From Octopus sinensis (lineage: Eukaryota): a stretch of 64,000 bases of DNA. The position numbers were made by a program, and so were the translations under genes. Positions 59,001 to 64,000 of the stretch are shown here, piece after piece. Location: the NCBI RefSeq assembly GCF_006345805.1, contig NC_043010.1, positions 46,934,001 through 46,998,000 on the forward strand. The letters are read 5' to 3'. Numbering within the stretch: position 1 is the first letter of the stretch; each line of letters opens with the position of its first letter. A model generated the notes under the pieces. It did no database searches and was not told the origin of the DNA. It saw only the letters and a list, made by a program, of their open reading frames with translations.

Positions 59001-60429
59001 CTAGGAAAGTTCTCTACCAAATTGATGAATAAGCCACAAAACATCTTAGAGCTGAAGCAATGCATAAATTTATAATTCCTGTCTGTTTTTTTTCATTATT
59101 GAGTAAAAGATGACTCTTGGAATCATGTACATGCTTCCTTTACAGAAAGATGAACTGAAGTGGTTCCCTGTCATAAACAACATCAAGCATAAAAATATTG
59201 TTGGGTCTGATAGAATTCCCAACAGATAGGTAAAATGGAAGCACAGATTCCTGCATCCTCTCAAAAAACATAAGAAAATAATTGCTGTAAATTCTGATTT
59301 CACAATACATATTTATATCACATAGTCATATCAGAATATGGGACAAATGTCTGTAGTGAAATATCGATTTAATAACCTGGGCCCCCTATAGTGTTTCCCT
59401 CTAATTATGTGGGTGAGCATGCGCATGTTTTTTTTAAACATATCTATTGATATACATATAATTTACACACAGTTATACTCTTTGAGAAACTAACATATGC
59501 TTTCAACTAGAAGTGAGAATAGCATTAAACTATTAAACTTGAAAATAAAGTGCTTAATGTCAAACTTGATTACTTCAATTTGTATTTCTACATTATTCAG
59601 AAATATCTGCAATACACCTGTTTAAAGATATTCTTACAAAAAAAAAATCAAGACTTTGATAATTATCATTATTAAAACTTTGGATTTAGTGTGTTTTTTA
59701 AAAAATTATACAACATAAACATTAATAAGATATACATACATATATATACATACATACATACATACGTGTGTGCATGTGTATATATATATATATAATTTAA
59801 AATTTAAAATTCTTGAAAATATTTAGTAACTTATTCTACAGTGATTTAAGAAGGGATTTTGTAAGGTGTTGCTTTCTCCAACCTATAGGATTTAAAGATC
59901 AGCACTAACAAAATTGCTCCCTACTGTTCTACAGAAAGGTGGATAAAGTGACTGAAAAAGTGCTAGGATACAAACTGATTATTTCTGGGTTGATAAGCCT
60001 CCATCCTATTGATATGAACAGTAACAACCTTTTATAATTCAATTTACATGAAACAACAAAGTGTATCTAATCTATACGAAATACACACCAAAAGGTTTAC
60101 TTTAATTTTATGAGGTAATAGGTAAATATTTCGAGAAGTTTCTAGAGATGAATAAATTTAATGAGAAAAGCTGCTTTTACCTGACAATGTGGACAGCAGA
60201 TATATTGATCTGGTCTTACTGTGCAATTCTGCTTTTGGGGCAATTCCAAGGTGGAAATAGAGGTAAGGCGCCTGGCCATATTTTCAGCAGTCTCCAAAGA
60301 CTTGAGGCAGAACTCACAAGCCTCATATTTGTAGAATTCATTCCATAAAAACTGGGAGCATACCAAAGGAACTTCTTCAAAAATCTGGTCCCCTTTCTTG
60401 AATGCTTGGCATGCAAATAATCCTTTGCC
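37981..60429 (-). CDS. SMYD5: SET and MYND domain protein 5 (lysine methyltransferase), 11 resolved exons, 375 aa, exon 1 not found
   Basis: Exons on - at 60429-60181, 50249-50128, 50017-49948, 47649-47545, 46232-46170, 45276-45206, 43797-43691, 42934-42878, 42088-41994, 40411-40341 and 38098-37981 join in frame (1128 nt including TAA). Motifs: GKGLF, MYND cysteines, [34 protein letters not shown], post-SET CxCxxC and an acidic tail. Confidence 0.95.
40341..40411 (-). CDS. SMYD5: SMYD5 exon 11 ([24 protein letters not shown])
   Basis: ttcag acceptor and AAG|GTACCT donor, 71 nt. Confidence 0.94.
41994..42088 (-). CDS. SMYD5: SMYD5 exon 10 ([31 protein letters not shown])
   Basis: cacag acceptor and GAG|GTGAGA donor, 95 nt. 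Carries the SET NHSC motif. Confidence 0.95.
42878..42934 (-). CDS. SMYD5: SMYD5 exon 9 ([19 protein letters not shown])
   Basis: ttgtag acceptor and GTT|GTAAGT donor, 57 nt. Confidence 0.94.
42975..43290 (-). mobile_element. tRNA-derived SINE (5447-type head) carrying a Meta-SINE-like central domain
   Basis: The - strand reads gatggactggcgtcccgtccag...atgccatagaaaccaggaaaccgggcccatgagcc, matching the recalled Meta domain. The family name needs a Dfam/RepBase check. Confidence 0.7.
43691..43797 (-). CDS. SMYD5: SMYD5 exon 8 ([14 protein letters not shown]...[12 protein letters not shown])
   Basis: cttag acceptor and GAG|GTATGT donor, 107 nt. Confidence 0.93.
44735..45040 (-). mobile_element. 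RTE-clade (Rex3/Expander-like) LINE 3' relic
   Basis: ORF 44741..45037 reads [15 protein letters not shown]...DP...[18 protein letters not shown]. Confidence 0.65.
45206..45276 (-). CDS. SMYD5: SMYD5 exon 7 ([24 protein letters not shown])
   Basis: ttccag acceptor and TAG|GTAAAT donor, 71 nt. Confidence 0.94.
46170..46232 (-). CDS. SMYD5: SMYD5 exon 6 ([21 protein letters not shown])
   Basis: tgcag acceptor and CAG|GTATGT donor, 63 nt. Confidence 0.9.
46400..46880 (-). mobile_element. CR1/jockey-group LINE RT C-terminal relic
   Basis: The - frame reads [20 protein letters not shown]...LLDWVQKR...[13 protein letters not shown]. Contains a 16-bp tandem duplication near 46509-46540. Confidence 0.8.
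47230..47460 (+). mobile_element. RTE RT fragment
   Basis: [30 protein letters not shown] second RTE RT piece lies at ~55900-56250 ([11 protein letters not shown]). Confidence 0.75.
47545..47649 (-). CDS. SMYD5: SMYD5 exon 5 ([35 protein letters not shown])
   Basis: tacag acceptor and AAA|GTAAAT donor, 105 nt. Confidence 0.92.
48100..49330 (-). mobile_element. L1/Tx1-type LINE 3' relic with zf-RVT, 3' UTR and AATAAA
   Basis: The - frames read [16 protein letters not shown]...DLWG and [11 protein letters not shown]...KWVKVA. AATAAA lies near 48120. Confidence 0.7.
49948..50017 (-). CDS. SMYD5: SMYD5 exon 4 ([23 protein letters not shown]), followed by a GC donor
   Basis: ttttag acceptor and CAG|GCAAGT donor, 70 nt. 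Aligns to recalled human [23 protein letters not shown]. Confidence 0.92.
50128..50249 (-). CDS. SMYD5: SMYD5 exon 3 ([21 protein letters not shown]...LQVAW-R)
   Basis: cacag acceptor and GAG|GTCTGT donor, 122 nt. Confidence 0.94.
52686..52919. mobile_element. hAT MITE, perfect TSD GTGTAAAT
   Basis: TSD at 52678-85 and 52920-27, with CAGTGTTTCTCAACC...GGTTGAGAATGACTG ends. Confidence 0.9.
54535..54565. other. Perfect 15-1-15 palindrome TACTGAGGTATTCCT-A-AGGAATACCTCAGTA
   Basis: The arms are exact reverse complements. Confidence 0.95.
56431..57584 (+). mobile_element. About 1.15-kb non-autonomous DNA transposon, probably pogo-like, with a decayed C-terminal PHD finger
   Basis: Core GTGGGGCATAATGGG at 56440-54 is inverted at 57561-75, with subterminal copies at 56602, 56637 and 57351. 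ORF 56875..57138 reads ICKR...EVWLLCDLC...FVCKK. Confidence 0.65.
60181..60429 (-). CDS. SMYD5: SMYD5 exon 2 ([30 protein letters not shown]...CCPHCQ)
   Basis: ttttcag acceptor and CAG|GTAAAA donor, 249 nt, phase 0/0. Confidence 0.95.
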
Positions 60430-61310
60430 CTGAAAAAGAAATAGGAAGACTTATTATTTCACACATGATGTTCTTGTTGTTTAACCTGAAGTCAACACTG
60501 ATTGAGCCAACATATGATTAATCCTTTAACATTTAAATGTAATGTTTGTTTATTCACGTTGTTTTGAATTTATCTTGCATTATCTTGTAGCCTGGAGATT
60601 TTGAATATATGACTATATTTTTTTAGACTAACACTGTAGGGTAGGTGTGAGAGGCTGGATCTGGCCAGTTTAAACTTGAAACAGGAAGAATATTTTGGCT
60701 GGACATGGCTGGTCAAAAGCATTTCAGCCATGAATTTGTACATTTAATACATTGTCTAATGCACCCATTCTTTTAAAGATGGTAGGGTGTGATTCAAGGG
60801 AGAATTGACAGTCATTTCAAGTTAGTTAAGCAATAAAGTAGAGGGTCTTTAAGAGCCCATTCATCACCTGGTTGATATTGTAGGCAAATTCACTTCGTGA
60901 GGAGTGTTATAAGGATATGATTTTTCTTCTGTAGGACATGAAGATAAAATCTCAAAAAGGATTATGTAATTCTTCCGAACGTAATCAAATGGGAGCAAAG
61001 CCATGTGGCTTAGTTGTAAGGGGTATTCAGCTCACAATTGTATGGTCATGAGTTTGATTCCTGGTGGCATGTATCTCTTGAACAAGACACTTTATTTCAT
61101 TTTGCTCCAGTCCACTCAGCTGTCAAAAATGAGTTGCATCTTTATTTCAAAGGATCTGCCTTGTAACATTCTGTGTCATGGTGAATCTCCCTAAGAACTG
61201 TTATGGGCATGCATGCCTGTGGAGTGCTCAGCTGCTTGCGCGTTAATTCCACAAGCAAGCTGTACCATTCATCAGATCATAACCAAGGGAGTATTGGTTA
61301 AGTATTACCT

Positions 61311-61522
61311 GAAAGTGCTCCAGGAGCTGTGGAAGGTGTTGTGAGTACTGTGGCAAAATGAGATAATACCACCAGAATGGTGCATCGCAGAAGGCATTTA
61401 TGTCCCCCATCGTCAAGGAGAAGGATTCTAAGACGTTGGATCAGTTCAGGCTGATATCACTGCTAAATGTCAATGGCAAGATTTTCTTTGGTGTCATGGC
61501 GAAACAACTGACAGACTTCGTA
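61311..61522 (+). mobile_element. HERO-like (REL-endonuclease group) non-LTR RT fragment
   Basis: VLQELWKVL*VLW...IPPEWCIAEGIYVP/KEKDSKTLDQFRLISLLNVNGKIFFGVMAKQL matches the recalled AEG..IPKE....QFR.ISLLNVEGKIFF. Confidence 0.65.
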
Positions 61523-62656
61523 TTACTGTGAGGATTAGCATGATTTGGCAGAATGGGTAGTTTTAGATACTGAATATTAGCAGTAGTAACTGGAAAACCT
61601 AATGTTGCTGACCAGTTAAAAACAGTGCTACAAGAGACCACGAGACCAAGTGGTAGCTCTACAAGAGATTTGGCTGATATCATCAGTCAGATAATCCATA
61701 TTTAGCAAGATGTGCTTGAGGAAGAATACTTCAGATCTGGTTATTCAGTTGACACTAATTGAGCTGTTCAATATTGGTTATGTTCTGGCCAGCATAAATC
61801 AGATTATGTACATCTTACAAGAAATTTCATTACATTATTCTTGTAATGAATCAGTTGCCCAACCTCATAAAAGGTTTACTGATATTCTGGCAAGTAATAT
61901 TTCAGCTGACAAAACTTGCCTATATTAGGTGCACCATTTACGCTATGATGACTAACAAGAACCTTCAGCAAACACTCATCAAACTCTCCAACTGATGGAT
62001 TTATAATCTTTTAATGCAGACTTAATTGTTCGCCCAATTCTACTGCACCATTAAATTTTAGTTTGTAGGTAGGACTTTTAATTTTCTTGCTATAAATTTG
62101 GTTGGACCACTCCTTTAACTGAATGAAGTTTGGTATATTGTCTAACATCACTGCCACTGGAATGCCAAATCTAGATAGGAAATAGGCATTTGCTTATGTT
62201 TTTTTAGCTGGGGCATAAAATACCTTCAAGATCAACACATTCCCAGCATCTTCATTGTATCTCCTGTTCATATGCAACTTTTCTCAAAGCTGTGATTTGT
62301 GCCACTTATCAAGTACAAGAAATAGTTTTAAATCTCATTTTAGCATAGTCATCTGACAAACTCCTTTTTCAAAAACACTGGTCTAATTCTAGCGATAAGA
62401 TTCTTTAAGCTAACATAATGAGTACATATGTTAAAATGATTTTTGATGTCTTCAGCAATATAAGCTGGAATTAATTCGTCATTACCTATATCAGAATGTA
62501 AAGAGAACTGTACCATTACAAGAGCATAAATATGACTGACGATTTCAGCAGGCAAGTGAATGATTTTGAAACAATATTAATATGAGGGCCTAAGTAATTC
62601 ACAGAGAGGCTCACTTAAAAACATCAAGATCTTTAATATATGATACCACTGTAGAG

Positions 62657-62854
62657 CAGTGGTTCCCAAAGTTTTTAGAGTCGCGACCCACTATTTATCA
62701 CACCAGTTTATGACGACCCACTTAACTCTACTGAACTATCTCGATAGACAGCAGTTAATCAAAGCTAATGCGTAATTTTATAACTTTTTGCGACCCACTA
62801 AGATTCCATTCGCGACCCATCTGTGGGTCGTGACTCATAGTTTGGGAACCACTG
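62657..62854. mobile_element. Young hAT MITE, perfect 14-bp TIR CAGTGGTTCCCAAA and TSD CTGTAGAG
   Basis: TSD at 62649-56 and 62855-62. Confidence 0.92.
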
Positions 62855-62899
62855 CTGTAGAGGATTCACATTCAATATCAGAATATTTCTCTAGAGTCC

Positions 62900-63720
62900 T
62901 GCCAAGTGTATAATTAAGATATGCTATAGGCCTTTCATTTTGAGACCTTATTTCTGCTACAGTAAATTTAGCAACTTACTTAACTAAGTGTGAATAGTAA
63001 GACGTTTTATCTTCTTAAGACGATGGCGATGTTTATCTCAATTTAGAGATAAAGAATTTGGTTTCATGTCCAACAGATCGATCGTGCTACAACTAAATGA
63101 TAAATGGACAGGAGGTTACTGAAGAAGCTGAAAAGTTGATCATATTCTTGGATAGATTGAAACATTCTTGACAAACCTGAAAACAAAGAGTTGTTGCTGA
63201 TAAGGAAGCATTAATGTAATCAGGGTGTAGTATGTGTGGGTGCTTGACTGTGTTATATGACCTGTCCAAAGTGATTAATAACAGAGAGATATTCTTCTAC
63301 ATAGATAAAACGAAAATATTCAAAAACTTTTGCGAAAGAAGAGACTGAAGTCAAATACCACGGGACTTGAATGAGGCTGGGAATACAGTCAGAAGTTTGG
63401 AGAGCCTTAGGCACAGAAAATAAAGACAAGCTATTGGGATTTTCAGCATTTGAGTGGGGTTTCACTTGGAGTACACATAAATCATATCTGGTACCTATAT
63501 AAAGAGGACCTACATCAAAATGATAGAAAATGTGCAACGAAGCGAAACAAAACTTGATTCGATATTAAGAGAATCTTTCATTTGCAGAACGACTGAGGAA
63601 ACTGGTTTTACATACACCGTTGCCTATAGAAAATCAAGCGTATACAGTATATATTTTTAAGAGTATGAAAGAACCTACGACAAAGAAGCTCAAGAAATGT
63701 AAATAAAATACAAAGAGGCA
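62900..63720 (+). mobile_element. Decayed CR1/L2-group LINE RT C-terminus
   Basis: Frameshifted motifs INGQEV, LEY...IW.LY, MIENVQRSETKL and SFAERLRKL. Confidence 0.65.
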
Positions 63721-64000
63721 ACAAGTGTAACTAAACAAAAGGAAACATTCATTTTGAGAGTTGTGAATACTGAGTACGGTCTCCAGTAAAATAAGATAAA
63801 CTCAAAATCAGTGACGGAGTTTGAAAGTGGGATACAACTTTCATGGTAAAAAGATATCAACCCTAAGACAAAAATCACATAACCACCGTGACCACCACCA
63901 TATAACATTAATTTTTGTTATCTTTATGTTGGTGTCGCAGGCTTGAAGTCACTACATGTGGCAGTCATAACTGAGCATCGTAGGTCATTGACATTCCACA

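Noticed and set aside
62224-62271. Candidate SMYD5 exon 1 (MNRRYNEDAGNVLILK, AAG|GTATTT, phase 0, - strand)
   Set aside because: It fits the phase but lacks resemblance to the expected VEVRF-type first SET strand. The CpG pattern suggests the 5' end lies further right.
62349-62555. 68-aa minus-strand ORF
   Set aside because: No motif I can recognise. It may be a TE relic, but I cannot support that.

Overview
AT-rich animal genomic DNA. It is most likely a coleoid cephalopod (Octopus-like), inferred from recall of the SINE/LINE families, not proven. The window holds two intact, convergent multi-exon housekeeping genes. (1) Class II fumarate hydratase (FH) lies on +, with 8 resolved coding exons at 15634-36481 encoding 464 aa; its first (start/targeting) exon is unresolved. 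(2) SMYD5 lies on -, with 11 resolved exons at 60429-37981 encoding 375 aa and one GC-AG intron; exon 1 was not found and probably lies beyond the right edge. The stop codons are 1.5 kb apart. Introns and intergenic DNA are packed with tRNA-derived SINEs (Nin/Deu-like and Meta-like domains), RTE, CR1, L1/Tx1 and HERO-like LINE relics, a Gypsy LTR relic, piggyBac and hAT MITEs with target-site duplications (TSDs), and a pogo-like element. CpGs are retained from 1 to ~10.3 kb and again after ~63 kb, but are depleted in between, over both gene bodies. The most unusual item is an intact, stand-alone Brinker-type HTH ORF (7920-8282) with a CCAAT box and good Kozak context, upstream of FH; its putative phase-0 donor could splice in frame to FH exon 2. 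Other leads are an 11-nt microexon candidate and competing FH first exons, a poison-exon/recursive site in FH, a snap-back footprint at a SINE junction, modular SINE shuffling, and inverted repeats that could form ADAR substrates. All coordinates were derived by hand. Repeat boundaries are approximate unless a TSD or terminal inverted repeat (TIR) fixes them. Family names come from recalled motifs, with no database search. FH exons are numbered 2-9 and SMYD5 exons 2-12, assuming one missing first exon each.
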